Part shown: positions 1-10,772 of the stretch, one piece after another | How the letters are laid out: each line of letters starts with the position of its first letter | Numbering within the stretch: position 1 is the stretch's first letter | Source of the DNA: Myxococcales bacterium | GTDB taxonomy: Bacteria > Myxococcota_A > Polyangia > Polyangiales > Polyangiaceae | Direction: 5' to 3' | Assembly: GCA_043747615.1 (NCBI GenBank) | Contig: JAYTOU010000003.1 | Location: 128,001-192,000 of the forward strand | Length of the DNA stretch: 64,000 nucleotides | The notes under the pieces: generated by a model | Database searches by the model: none | Told to the model about the DNA's origin: nothing | The model's input: the letters and a program-made list of their open reading frames with translations, nothing else | Translations under genes and position numbers: made by a program

Positions 1-40
1 CAGAAAACTCATTGCGAGTGGCAACGTTCGGAGAGATTCT

Positions 41-679
41 TTGGGTGTGCACATCTTCGGCCTCACCGGGGGGCTCGCCTCGGGAAAAAGCGCCGTGGCA
101 GCACGGCTGCGCGTGCGGGGCGTGCCGGTGATCGACGCCGATCTCTTGGCCCGAGAGGTCGTGGCGAAGGGCTCTGGTGGGCTCCACGAGATCGTGAAGT
201 TCTTCGGCCCCACTGTCCTCGATGCCGAGGGTGCGCTCGATCGGCACGCGCTTGCAGCACTGGTGTTCTCCGACGAAACAAAGCGAAGAGCCCTGAACGC
301 CATCACCCATCCGCGAATCGCCGCGCTGGGAACGGAACGCGCACAGGAATTTGCGTCACGCGGCGAGCCGCTTGCGGGCTACGAAGCCGCACTGCTCGTG
401 GAGAGCGGCTTGCAGAGCGCTTTTCGCCCGCTGGTGGTGGTCGCTGCGCCGCTCGAGGTCCAGCTCGCTCGGGCCATGGCTCGCGACGGAAGCGACGAAG
501 AAGAAGCGCGCTCCCGTCTCGCAGCGCAGATGCCGCTCCCTGCGAAAATCGCCGCAGCGGATTTCGTCATCGAGAACGAGTCAACGCTCGCGGCGCTCGG
601 CAGGCGAACCGACGAGGTGCTCGGCGAAATTTGCGCGAAGCTTGGCATCGATCCTGCGCGCTATCCGGAGCTTCAATGA
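41..679 (+). CDS. coaE: Dephospho-CoA kinase
   Basis: GLTGGLASGKS Walker A, IDAD, 'LNAITHPRI' and 'AQMP' motifs; about 210 aa. Confidence 0.95.
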   Translation: MGVHIFGLTGGLASGKSAVAARLRVRGVPVIDADLLAREVVAKGSGGLHEIVKFFGPTVLDAEGALDRHALAALVFSDETKRRALNAITHPRIAALGTERAQEFASRGEPLAGYEAALLVESGLQSAFRPLVVVAAPLEVQLARAMARDGSDEEEARSRLAAQMPLPAKIAAADFVIENESTLAALGRRTDEVLGEICAKLGIDPARYPELQ

Positions 680-1382
680 CCCGCGGCTCGGTGCACTTCA
701 TCGGATCGACGGAGGGCTCCGCGGGAGGCAAGATGCTCGCGCGCGCTCTGTCATCGGCTGGCGCACGCGCGTCCGGTGCGCCGAAGATTGCCGTGTCGTT
801 CGCCCCGGTGGCCGGGAGCCCGGAAGCCCTCAAATACATGGGCGATCGCACGCTGAAGCTCTTTGCGGGCAAAGGCACCGTTACCCGATTTTGCCTCGCA
901 GGCGAAGCCGACGCCGACCCCGTACGAGCCAAGGCGATCGTCGACGAAGCGGACCTCATCTTCTTCAGCGGTGGGGATCCGGTCGTCGGCGCCCACATCC
1001 TTCGCGAGAGCGGCGCCGACGCCTGGGTTCGTGAAGCACGCGAGCGTGGAGCGACCTTCGCTGGGATCAGCGCTGGAGCGATCTTGCTCGGCGCGTCCTG
1101 GGCCTCATGGCCTGACGAGCATCCTCCGAACGCACCGTTCGACGGCGGGATGCTCATTGCGTGCGCCAGCGTCGTCGACGATCTGGTGGTCGATTGCCAC
1201 GGCGAAGAAGACGACTGGAACGAGTTGAAGCTGGTGGCCGCGATGCTCCGTGCCCGCTCGACCGAAGGTGCTGCTGAGCCACGGCTCCGGGGTATTCCTA
1301 CCCGTGGAGGCCTCATCGTAGGCCCCGATAACGCCCTCGAAATCGTCGGGGACGAGGCGTTCGTCCCGGGATTCTCGCGTTC

Positions 1383-1386
<4 letters not shown>
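676..1386 (+). CDS. Peptidase S51 (cyanophycinase/peptidase E-like) family protein
   Basis: FFSGGD, GISAGA (Ser nucleophile elbow) and VVDCH motifs; ATG at 676 overlaps the coaE stop (ATGA). Confidence 0.75.
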
Positions 1387-2825
<1,439 letters not shown>

Positions 2826-2857
2826 CTCGCGCCTCGGAGACCCGCGCGGCAACTGCG

Positions 2858-3499
2858 CTACGGTGGGTTCTCCTCGCCGACCGCGGCGATCTTGAATTTT
2901 CCGGACTCGCGGCGGAGCAGGAACGTCACCGCGTCCGGGAAAAAGCGCTCCCCCGCGATGATCGGCGCCATCACCGAGACGCGCACCAGCGCTTCACCGC
3001 GCTGCATTTCCGCGGGGCGTGGCGGCGTGCTCGTCGAGGACAGATCGTCGAACTCGAAGCGCTCCGCGCGATCGAGCCGCACGACCTCGACCCCTGCGAT
3101 CTTCGCGTAGCCGAGCTTACCCATGCGCTCTTCCCAGCGCTTGATCATTGCCGTCCGTCCCACGCCCGGTGCACCCGCATCGAGCGACAGGGCGTCGAGC
3201 GTGAGCAGCTGCTGAAGGCTCCCGAGGTCCTCGTGCTCGAACGCTTCGAAGTAGCTTCGCACGACGTCGCGCACCGCCTCTTCACTGAAGGGCTCTCGGA
3301 GCGACACGACCCCGCGCGCCCTGGCGTGCTCGCTGGGAGCGGGCAATGCCGCCGTCGGCTCAATGACGACACCATCGGGGCGACGGGGCGTCTTCGGGAG
3401 CTCGACGGCCGTCGTCGTTGCCGCCGGGCCACCGCACGCGGAGAGGGCGCCGACAAGAAGAGCGCGGCTAAAGCAGCTCGGTTTTCGGATCGTTGCCAC
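2858..3499 (-). CDS. Hypothetical lipoprotein (possible NTF2-like C-terminal domain)
   Basis: Lipobox LSAC after a hydrophobic stretch; start uncertain (GTG 3499 or 3520); overlaps the end of the upstream gene. Confidence 0.6.
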   Translation of the reverse strand: MATIRKPSCFSRALLVGALSACGGPAATTTAVELPKTPRRPDGVVIEPTAALPAPSEHARARGVVSLREPFSEEAVRDVVRSYFEAFEHEDLGSLQQLLTLDALSLDAGAPGVGRTAMIKRWEERMGKLGYAKIAGVEVVRLDRAERFEFDDLSSTSTPPRPAEMQRGEALVRVSVMAPIIAGERFFPDAVTFLLRRESGKFKIAAVGEENPP

Positions 3500-4298
3500 G
3501 CGAGAGCGTGACGATCGCACGATCGGGAACCTTGTTCCAGTGCGCGCCCGGATCCTCGTCGAAATCGCTGGCGATCAGGGCGAAACGCATCTGCGCGAGC
3601 TCGGGGGCTTTCCTGCGAAGCTGGGCGTCGTCGCCGATGATCGCGTCGGCGTCGTCTTTACCGGCGAAGACCCGGATGGCCATGGTCTCGCTGCGATGCA
3701 TTGCGATCAGGTCCTCTCCGTTCGTAAGTAGAAGGTTGATGGCCACGGGCTCACCGCCGACTTCGGCCGTCATTGCATCTAGCACGGCGACCGTCGACCG
3801 GACGGCGTCTCTCACCACGGAATCGGGAACGCTGTGATCATTGAGACGCCCCGCGTCGTGCAGGAAAGAGAGAAACACGTGGAAGACTATCTCGGAGTCC
3901 GTCTCGCCGCGAATGTCGCCACGCAAGAACTCGGGAACGCTCGCGACGAGGCGATCGCGGATGGCGTCGAATTGAACCACCGTGCCGGTCTGCGCGAAGA
4001 GCCACTGACGGTAACGAAACGGATGGGTATTTTCCGTGCGAAGCGTGCCGACCGTCGCGGAGCGAACGTGCCCGACGATGATGTCGGCGCGGACATCCTC
4101 GGCGCTCTTCGCCGCGTCGATCTCACCGCGCTCGTCGATGGGCCTCCGGCGCATCAGCACTTCGCCGCCTTGATAGAACCCAATTCCCCAGCCGAGGGGC
4201 GTGCCTCGCGACCGCACCCGCAAAGCTTTTTCCTCGGACAGGAGCAGTCGCCCCGCGAGGTCGGCTCTGTTTCCGATTAGTCCGAACAGGCGTGCCAT
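3468..4298 (-). CDS. Class II (Ntn) glutamine amidotransferase-like protein, YafJ/EgtC family, lacking the catalytic Cys
   Basis: GWGIG, GHVRSAT, ENTHPF and GETDSE motifs; begins MARLFG rather than MCRLFG; GAGGGA RBS before ATG 4298. Confidence 0.85.
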   Translation of the reverse strand: MARLFGLIGNRADLAGRLLLSEEKALRVRSRGTPLGWGIGFYQGGEVLMRRRPIDERGEIDAAKSAEDVRADIIVGHVRSATVGTLRTENTHPFRYRQWLFAQTGTVVQFDAIRDRLVASVPEFLRGDIRGETDSEIVFHVFLSFLHDAGRLNDHSVPDSVVRDAVRSTVAVLDAMTAEVGGEPVAINLLLTNGEDLIAMHRSETMAIRVFAGKDDADAIIGDDAQLRRKAPELAQMRFALIASDFDEDPGAHWNKVPDRAIVTLSRGNDPKTELL

Positions 4299-4369
4299 GG
4301 TCGTTCCCTCTCTACCGAAGCTACCGAGGCCAGCTACGAGCCAGAGGCGAGCACGCTGCTCGACTCCCC

Positions 4370-4417
4370 CCATTCACCTTACGAACCATTCACCTTACGA
4401 ACCATTCACCTTACGAA
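4370..4417. repeat. Perfect tandem repeat, 3 x 16 bp (CCATTCACCTTACGAA)
   Basis: Units at 4370-4385, 4386-4401 and 4402-4417. Confidence 0.97.
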
Positions 4418-4506
4418 TTTGATTCGCCCTTGCGCTACTTTCGCACGCGAATAGGTAGGACATCTGCTGACTCCTCCGAGGCGCCGTCGACACCCGGCTA
4501 CGCATT

Positions 4507-4526
4507 ACCGCTCCTGACCGCTCCTG
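4507..4526. repeat. Tandem 10-bp direct repeat ACCGCTCCTG x2 (possible activator site)
   Basis: Read directly in the intergenic region. Confidence 0.8.
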
Positions 4527-4793
4527 CGAACCGGGTGCCGTCCCCATACCAATAAGTCGAAACCGCGTTTGTTCAACCCTCCCACAAGGGGAGAGCGAGC
4601 ATGAACGACCTAATATTCCTCACTGGCTGGGTCTCGAGGGAGGGATTCGCTGCGCCCGAGCGTATGCCAGAGCGCCTCGCCTCGCCGATCCGATCGTTAG
4701 AATCCTGTCGCGCGCACTTCCACCCTGCATCGATTGTTGGCGCACGAAGGGTCGAGGGAGTTTCTAGAATGCCAATTTCAGCTGAGTTTCGCA

Positions 4794-4809
4794 CGGCATC
4801 ATCGTTGCT
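4794..4809 (+). promoter_or_regulatory. Candidate sigma54 (-24/-12) promoter
   Basis: cGGCATCATCGTTGCt: GG-N10-GC with GGCA and TTGC; about 57 nt upstream of ATG 4866. Confidence 0.6.
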
Positions 4810-4865
4810 CTCGCAGAGGACACATTGATGGAGCCGCACCCGCCACTTCCAGTCTTGGAGTCGAA

Positions 4866-5327
4866 ATGAAACCCGCTCGCGAAGTCGATGATCAGGCCAG
4901 TACGATCCCCACGGTCCGTCCCGGCGCGCAGGACCGTCCCTCTGGCGTGCGTGTCACCCCTGCGGACGGTATCTCGCGGCCCGGTGTGCGTTCTGCTCCG
5001 ACACCGATTGCTACGCTGTCGGTTGGTCCGCTTCGGCCCATCCGCGATCTGCTCGAGCGCTTCGATGCCGGCGATTACCTAGGTGCGCTCGCGTTGGCCG
5101 ACGCCGTGCTCGACCCTACGGCAACGCCGGTTCTCACGCTTCCGCGCGAAGACTCTCTCGCGCACAGCCTCGATGCGAGCTACGCGCTCGTCCTCTCTCT
5201 CGTGGATGGACAGAGAACACTCGAGGACGTGCTCGGAGCGAGCGAGCTTCCGATGCTCGACGCGCTCCGCGTAATGTGCGAGCTCGTCGAAGAGGGTCAC
5301 GTCTTTTTCGCGGACCAGACCGTCTGA
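4866..5327 (+). CDS. Hypothetical protein with C-terminal winged-helix-like domain
   Basis: GGAG RBS at 4857-4860; 'LSLVDGQRTLEDVL..SELP..DAL..CELVEEG' pattern seen in myxobacterial proteins. Confidence 0.65.
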   Translation: MKPAREVDDQASTIPTVRPGAQDRPSGVRVTPADGISRPGVRSAPTPIATLSVGPLRPIRDLLERFDAGDYLGALALADAVLDPTATPVLTLPREDSLAHSLDASYALVLSLVDGQRTLEDVLGASELPMLDALRVMCELVEEGHVFFADQTV

Positions 5328-6122
5328 CTATTTTCCGACCGGTGGAACGATGAAGGGGACCACGTGCTCGCGTGATTCGAAGCTCGTGCGGTAGCCAGCT
5401 GCCTCGTGCTGGGTCTTGAAGGGCCCGACGCGAACTCGGTACCACGTGCCGCGGCCGTTCACGTGCGCCTCGAGGACGTATGATTTGTGTCCGCGCGCAC
5501 GAAGCTGGTCACTGAACTGGTTGGCCTCGGCTTGAGAGCGAAATGAGCTCACTTGGAGCTGGTAGCCGCCGTCGTGCCCAGCAGCAGCCGCAGGCGCGCC
5601 GGCGACGTTCACCTGCGCCGAGTCGGTCGCCGCGAGGGTGAGAGCATCGCGCGGACGGGTGAGGACAGGCGACGCGTTGAGCACGTTTTGCGCCGGGAGC
5701 GCCACCACCGGAAGCTTGTCACCTGCGGGCGGCGGGTCCACCGGGACGACGACGGAAGTCGCGGATTCGAGCGGAGACGCGACGGACGCGGCCACGTTCG
5801 CGCGCACGGCAGCGAGCGCGGTGGTCGGGTGCTCGCCATCGCTCAGGATGCCGGGAAATGTAACGTCGCGCGCGCTGAGGTCGGTCGGCTTGGCTCCTCC
5901 GGCTGGGCGGGCGCGCTGGGCGACGAGATCCCCCAGCGGATCGACCCTCACCTGAGGCTGCGTCTTGTGCCCAGTGAGCGCCAACGTGGCGAAGACGACG
6001 CACGCGCCGCCGAGGGCGAGGAGCGCGAACGCCATTCCCTTCGGTGTCGACGGAGCAGTATCCGTCTCTTGAATCTGCTCGAGGTTCCTCAACGCGCCTT
6101 GATCGATCATCTGGCCTCTCAT
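5328..6122 (-). CDS. SPOR domain-containing membrane protein (FtsN-like)
   Basis: One TM helix; C-terminal YQLQVSSF...WYRVRVGPF SPOR motif; directly downstream of argS (ATGA overlap). Confidence 0.9.
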   Translation of the reverse strand: MRGQMIDQGALRNLEQIQETDTAPSTPKGMAFALLALGGACVVFATLALTGHKTQPQVRVDPLGDLVAQRARPAGGAKPTDLSARDVTFPGILSDGEHPTTALAAVRANVAASVASPLESATSVVVPVDPPPAGDKLPVVALPAQNVLNASPVLTRPRDALTLAATDSAQVNVAGAPAAAAGHDGGYQLQVSSFRSQAEANQFSDQLRARGHKSYVLEAHVNGRGTWYRVRVGPFKTQHEAAGYRTSFESREHVVPFIVPPVGK

Positions 6123-7954
6123 GTTTTGACCGCGCCGCCGTCGGCATCCTCTGCTTCGTCCGTGCCGTCTGCGCCATCGGCCGCCGCCGGGCGATCCATG
6201 CGTGCGGGCGCGCTCACCCCGAGGATCTCCAGCGCCGCCGCGTAAACGATCCGGATGGACTCGAGCCACGCGAGGCGCGCCGCCGTCTTCGGGCGGTCCC
6301 ACCGCGACTCCCAACCGGTGACGGCTCGCGCCGAGGCGGGAGGCAGGATGGGATCGGATTTCAATCGCGTGAAGTAGCTCTGAAACTCGCGCGCGAGCTC
6401 CTGAACGTAGTTGACGAGCTTATGCGGCTCACGCGTCGCCGCTGCGCTGGCCACGGCCTCCGGAAATTCGGAGAGCCGCGACGCGAGCGCGAGCTCGTCG
6501 GGATGAACGAGCGTCGCCCATGCCGCCGGCGCGAGATGCGTGTCGAGCGGCATGCCCAGCTCGCCTGCCTTGCGCAAGATGGAGCAGAGCCGCGCGTAGC
6601 CGTATTGCACGTAAAAAACAGGGTTATCGAGGCTCTTCTTCTTCGCCAGATCGAGGTCGAACTCGATATTGGTGTTCGCACTTCGCGAGTTGAAGAAAAA
6701 GCGGAGGGCGTCGCGTCCGGCGCCGCTTCTGCCGGCGGCGTCATCGATTTCGTCCATCACCTCCTCGGTGGTGACGAAGTTTCCCGCGCGCTTGGAGGAC
6801 TTTACGACCTGACCGTCTTTGAGGATGTACACGAGCTGGTAGAGGAGAGCTTCGAATTTTCCTTCGGGGAGCCCGAGGGCAGCGAGCGCGTTTCGGACCC
6901 GGGCGACGTAGCCGTGGTGATCGGCGCCGAGCACCGTGATCAACCGGTCGTACCCGCGCTCCACCTTGTCGGCGTGGTAGGCGATGTCGCTCGCAAAGTA
7001 CGTGTAGTTTCCATCTGATTTCTGGACGACGCGATCCTTGTCGTCGGCGTCGTCTTTGGCGACGAAGAAGAGCGCGCCTTCCTTGCGCACCAAGTGCCCG
7101 GTCGTCTCCAGCTGCTGCAAGGCGACGCCGACGGCGCCCCAGCGATGAAGTGACTCCTCGCTGAACCAGACGTCGAAATGAATGCCTAACGCCGCGAGCG
7201 TGCGGCGAATTCCGGGGAGCGTACGCGAGCCGGGGATGCCGTGGAGCATCCAGGTGACCACGGTGCGGGAGAGGACGTCTTTGTCGCCCGTGAACACCGC
7301 TGGATTCGTGTTGTTGAGGAAGTTCGCGAGCTCTCTCACGTACTCGCCTTGATAGCCGTCTTCGGGGGCCGCTTCGCCGCGCGCGACGGCGCCGACGCTT
7401 TCCGCGAACAGACGGATCTGGTTTCCGAAATCGTTGACGTAGTACTCGCGGGTCACGCGGTTGCCGGTGGCCTCGAGGAGGCGCCCGACGGTGTCGCCGA
7501 AGATGGCGTTTCGTCCGGAGGCGACGTTGATCGGACCGGTCGGATTCGCGCTGACGAACTCGAGATCGACGCGCTCCCCCGTCCCGCTCGGCGCGCGACC
7601 AAAGGCCGGCCCGGCACGCAGGATGCCCTCGAGCTCGGCGTGGATCGCAGCGGGATGGACGCGAAGGTTGACGAAGCCGGGACCTGCAAGCTCGGCGCTG
7701 CGCACGACGGGGTCGCCTTCCAGCGCCTTCACCAGCGCCTCGGCGATCGCGCGCGGCGGTATTTTCACCCGCTTGGTGAGCACCATCGCTGCGTTGGTTG
7801 CGAGGTCGCCGTGCTCAGCTCGCTTGGGCCGTTCCACGGTCCAGGCCGTGGCCTCGGCGACGCTACTCGCTCCATCGGCGCCGAGCGCGCCTTCGGCAGC
7901 GAGCCGTTGAAGGGCGCTTTGGATCCGAATGCGAACGCGGTCGGCGAGGCTCAT
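6119..7954 (-). CDS. argS: Arginine--tRNA ligase
   Basis: HGDLATN, GPGFVN, EFVSANPTGP, REYYVND, GADHHGY and NPVFYVQY motifs. Confidence 0.96.
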   Translation of the reverse strand: MSLADRVRIRIQSALQRLAAEGALGADGASSVAEATAWTVERPKRAEHGDLATNAAMVLTKRVKIPPRAIAEALVKALEGDPVVRSAELAGPGFVNLRVHPAAIHAELEGILRAGPAFGRAPSGTGERVDLEFVSANPTGPINVASGRNAIFGDTVGRLLEATGNRVTREYYVNDFGNQIRLFAESVGAVARGEAAPEDGYQGEYVRELANFLNNTNPAVFTGDKDVLSRTVVTWMLHGIPGSRTLPGIRRTLAALGIHFDVWFSEESLHRWGAVGVALQQLETTGHLVRKEGALFFVAKDDADDKDRVVQKSDGNYTYFASDIAYHADKVERGYDRLITVLGADHHGYVARVRNALAALGLPEGKFEALLYQLVYILKDGQVVKSSKRAGNFVTTEEVMDEIDDAAGRSGAGRDALRFFFNSRSANTNIEFDLDLAKKKSLDNPVFYVQYGYARLCSILRKAGELGMPLDTHLAPAAWATLVHPDELALASRLSEFPEAVASAAATREPHKLVNYVQELAREFQSYFTRLKSDPILPPASARAVTGWESRWDRPKTAARLAWLESIRIVYAAALEILGVSAPARMDRPAAADGADGTDEAEDADGGAVKT

Positions 7955-8030
7955 CGTGTGTCTTTGCGGTAGCCCCCGCGAGCCTCCGCCGTCAACATTT
8001 CGGCCAGGATTTCTGGTACATCGTAGCGTC

Positions 8031-9347
8031 ATGATGTCGCGCAAATCTTCGTTCGCGGTCGCGCTTGTCGCGCTCGCTGCGTGCAGCGCGACGCCGAAGG
8101 GCACGCTGGTTCTAACGACCGGAGGCGAGACGGGCATCTTCTCGCGAGCTCCCGTACCGACGAAGCTTTACGTCGACGCCCTCGGCAAGGACGGCGGGGC
8201 CTCGCGTCTCGTGACCGCGAAGCTCCCCGCCGACAACGTCGACCTCGGCGATCAGAGCGCCAACGCGATCGTGAGTCTCCATGTCACGGCCGTCGACGAC
8301 GCCGAAACAATTCTGATCGAGGGAACCTCGGTACCCGTGCAGCTCGGCGCGCTCGCAGATCTCGGCCTCCCCGTTTTCGTTCAGCGGAACGGAGAGTTTG
8401 CTCGGCTTCCCTCACCGTTTTCCGAGGTGCGCGACGCCCCGCTCAGCGCGCTCGTCATCGGCCGGTATCTCCTCGTTGCCGGAGGAAGCGACACGGCGAA
8501 AGCCACCCATAGCCAGCTCTATGATTTCGGTTCCCTCAGCCCGTTCGAGTCGCCTCCGATCCTCCCCCGTGCGCCGCGAAGCATGGCCGCGCTCGGGACG
8601 AAGGTGCTCCTCGTCGACGACGCCGGGGCATCGTGGTTTCAGCTCGCGGACTCCACGTTCTCCGACGCCACCGCGCCGAGCGGAGGCTCCTTCGCCGAAG
8701 TCGCTGGGGGAAGGACGATCATTGGCAGCGACAAGACGCTGTGGATCGTCGGCGGAACGCGGGCCAAGGGAGATGCCACCTTACGCGTCCTGCGCGTGGG
8801 GACCGATGCGTCCTTGAGCTTCGTCGCCCTCACTGCGGCTCGTCTCGGCGCTTCGGCGGCGTGGGTCGAAGGCCGCGGAGTCGTCGTCGCGGGCGGGAGC
8901 ACGACAGCCGCGGGCCTGGAAATTCTCGGCGCGGGAGCGAGCGCCGCCACCGCACTTCCGTTTCCGCCGGATCCGACATCGGGCCAGGCGGCGTGCGCGC
9001 TCGACGGCTCGCATCTCCTGCTCACGGGGGGATCCGATCCCTCCGGCACCACTCCGCCCTCGCGCGTGGCGGACCTCACGTGTGGAAGTGGATGCGCTCC
9101 GGCGGGATGGACAGCGAGGCTCCCCTCGCCCTTTCCGCAGGCCCAGCTCTTTGCGATCGACGCGAACACGGCGTTCTTCGTCGGCGATGATCCTGCGGGG
9201 CTAACGCGCGCGTTTCGTCTGACCGCGAACGCCTCGACCGAGGTGATGCTCAAGGTTCCGCGTCACGGAGCCCGCGCGATTGCCACGTACGGAGGCTCCA
9301 TCGCTCTCGTCGGCGGCGCGCCCGAGCTCGAGTACTTTATTCCGTAG
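8031..9347 (+). CDS. Secreted lipoprotein with Kelch-like beta-propeller
   Basis: Lipobox LAAC; repeated LLVAGG/WIVGG/VVAGG/LLTGG/LVGG blades. Confidence 0.75.
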   Translation: MMSRKSSFAVALVALAACSATPKGTLVLTTGGETGIFSRAPVPTKLYVDALGKDGGASRLVTAKLPADNVDLGDQSANAIVSLHVTAVDDAETILIEGTSVPVQLGALADLGLPVFVQRNGEFARLPSPFSEVRDAPLSALVIGRYLLVAGGSDTAKATHSQLYDFGSLSPFESPPILPRAPRSMAALGTKVLLVDDAGASWFQLADSTFSDATAPSGGSFAEVAGGRTIIGSDKTLWIVGGTRAKGDATLRVLRVGTDASLSFVALTAARLGASAAWVEGRGVVVAGGSTTAAGLEILGAGASAATALPFPPDPTSGQAACALDGSHLLLTGGSDPSGTTPPSRVADLTCGSGCAPAGWTARLPSPFPQAQLFAIDANTAFFVGDDPAGLTRAFRLTANASTEVMLKVPRHGARAIATYGGSIALVGGAPELEYFIP

Positions 9348-9362
9348 TCTCGAGCGCTTGGT

Positions 9363-10232
9363 CTAACGTATCTCGAGTGCTTCGAGGGAGCCGAACGGCG
9401 TGACGACACGTCGCGCGAGCGGCGCTTGCACCCGCGCATTTGGCCACACGACACACTCGTGGAGCGCGCCCTCACCCGTCACCTCCGCGCGCGCTCCGAC
9501 GACGCTTGCCTGGAGACGCACCGACGAGGCGACCCGCGCCTCCTCCGACGCCCAGCCGTCGCGGCCATCCAACCACTCGAGGTTCGCGCGCAGGTAGCTC
9601 GCCGGCGATCCGAAATCGCGGAAGGGCCGCGCGCTCTCGAACACGGTGAGCGTGGCGCCGCGTCGGAGCGCTGGAAGAAAGAGCTCCCCTACCAGGCAGC
9701 CGCGCGGAGGGAGCAGCGCACGGAGCGCGCCTCCTAAGAGGTGGACGCCGACATACTCGCCGCCCCGTACTTCCCCGAGCGACGTCGTCTCTTGACGAAG
9801 GCGCACGATCCGCCCGCTTGCGTCCGTTCCGACATTCCCGGCGCCGCGAGGTCCGGGGCGAACCACCAGCGTCGCCTCGCCGCGGTGAGCACGGAGGAGC
9901 TCGGCCGGATCGAGATCGACGAGGATGTCTCCATTCCACACGAGGATGTCGCCCCCCCCAAGCAGCGCAGAGGCGTGAGCGACCCCACCGGCGGTTCCGA
10001 GAAGCTCGGCCTCGACGGAAACGAGGACGTCGCCCGAGCGGCTGCGGGCAAACGCTTCGATGTCTGCAGCCCTGTGGTGAGCGTTGACGACCGTGCGCGC
10101 GCCGACCAACCGATCGAGAATGTGAGCGAGCGCCGGGCGATCTCCGATCGGTACGAGAGGCTTCGCGCACCACTCCGTCAGCGGGCGGAGGCGCGTTCCC
10201 AAGCCAGCGCACAGGATCATCGCGGCAATCAC
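9363..10232 (-). CDS. Sugar-1-phosphate nucleotidyltransferase (mannose-1-P guanylyltransferase/MurU-like)
   Basis: MILCAGLGTRLRPLT..KPL, LGTAGG, WNGD; short C-terminal hexapeptide repeats. Confidence 0.88.
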   Translation of the reverse strand: MIAAMILCAGLGTRLRPLTEWCAKPLVPIGDRPALAHILDRLVGARTVVNAHHRAADIEAFARSRSGDVLVSVEAELLGTAGGVAHASALLGGGDILVWNGDILVDLDPAELLRAHRGEATLVVRPGPRGAGNVGTDASGRIVRLRQETTSLGEVRGGEYVGVHLLGGALRALLPPRGCLVGELFLPALRRGATLTVFESARPFRDFGSPASYLRANLEWLDGRDGWASEEARVASSVRLQASVVGARAEVTGEGALHECVVWPNARVQAPLARRVVTPFGSLEALEIR

Positions 10233-10308
10233 GCTCGATAGAGAGCACGATTTCAAGGCAGTGCTCAAATTTTGGAGGGATCCGTCCTCACGTAGTACGC
10301 AGAGGGAG

Positions 10309-10755
10309 ATGCAAAGGTTCGCAACTCGTGCGCGTGCGGTGGTCGTCTTGGGACGCACCGTCATTGCTATCGCCGTCGGGGGCGCCATCGCCGCGGGTTG
10401 TGGAACCGACGCGGTCGGCGTCGAGACCTGCCGCACCATCGAGACTACGCGCTGCGAGCAAGCGCCGCGCTGCCCCGGCGTCGACCTGAACGTGCCCCTC
10501 CATCGCGACTCGCCCAAGACCGATGTCGAAGCCTGCATCCGATTTTATCGCGACGCGTGTCTCCACGGGCTGAGCACCGGCGATCCCGGCGGGCCCGCAA
10601 CCCAAGCGTGCGTCAACGCGATCAAGACGAAGGACTGCGACATCGTCCTCCACCCCGAGCACGACGTGGCGTGTCTGTGGTTGAACCCCGCGCCGGACGC
10701 AGGGGTCGATGCCCCCGTGGACGCGACCGACGCCGCCGATAGCGCTCCGGAGTAG
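10309..10755 (+). CDS. Cys-rich hypothetical lipoprotein
   Basis: GAGGGAG RBS; lipobox AAGC; several Cys; DAG/DAP-rich tail. Confidence 0.7.
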   Translation: MQRFATRARAVVVLGRTVIAIAVGGAIAAGCGTDAVGVETCRTIETTRCEQAPRCPGVDLNVPLHRDSPKTDVEACIRFYRDACLHGLSTGDPGGPATQACVNAIKTKDCDIVLHPEHDVACLWLNPAPDAGVDAPVDATDAADSAPE

Positions 10756-10772
10756 GGGCGGTCGTAGGTCGG

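Noticed and set aside
4370..4417. CRISPR array
   Set aside because: Units are contiguous with no spacers, only 16 bp long, and there are no cas genes.
4500..4660. 6S RNA or glmS ribozyme
   Set aside because: Could not build the long closing stem of 6S or find the glmS core; left as an unassigned hairpin.
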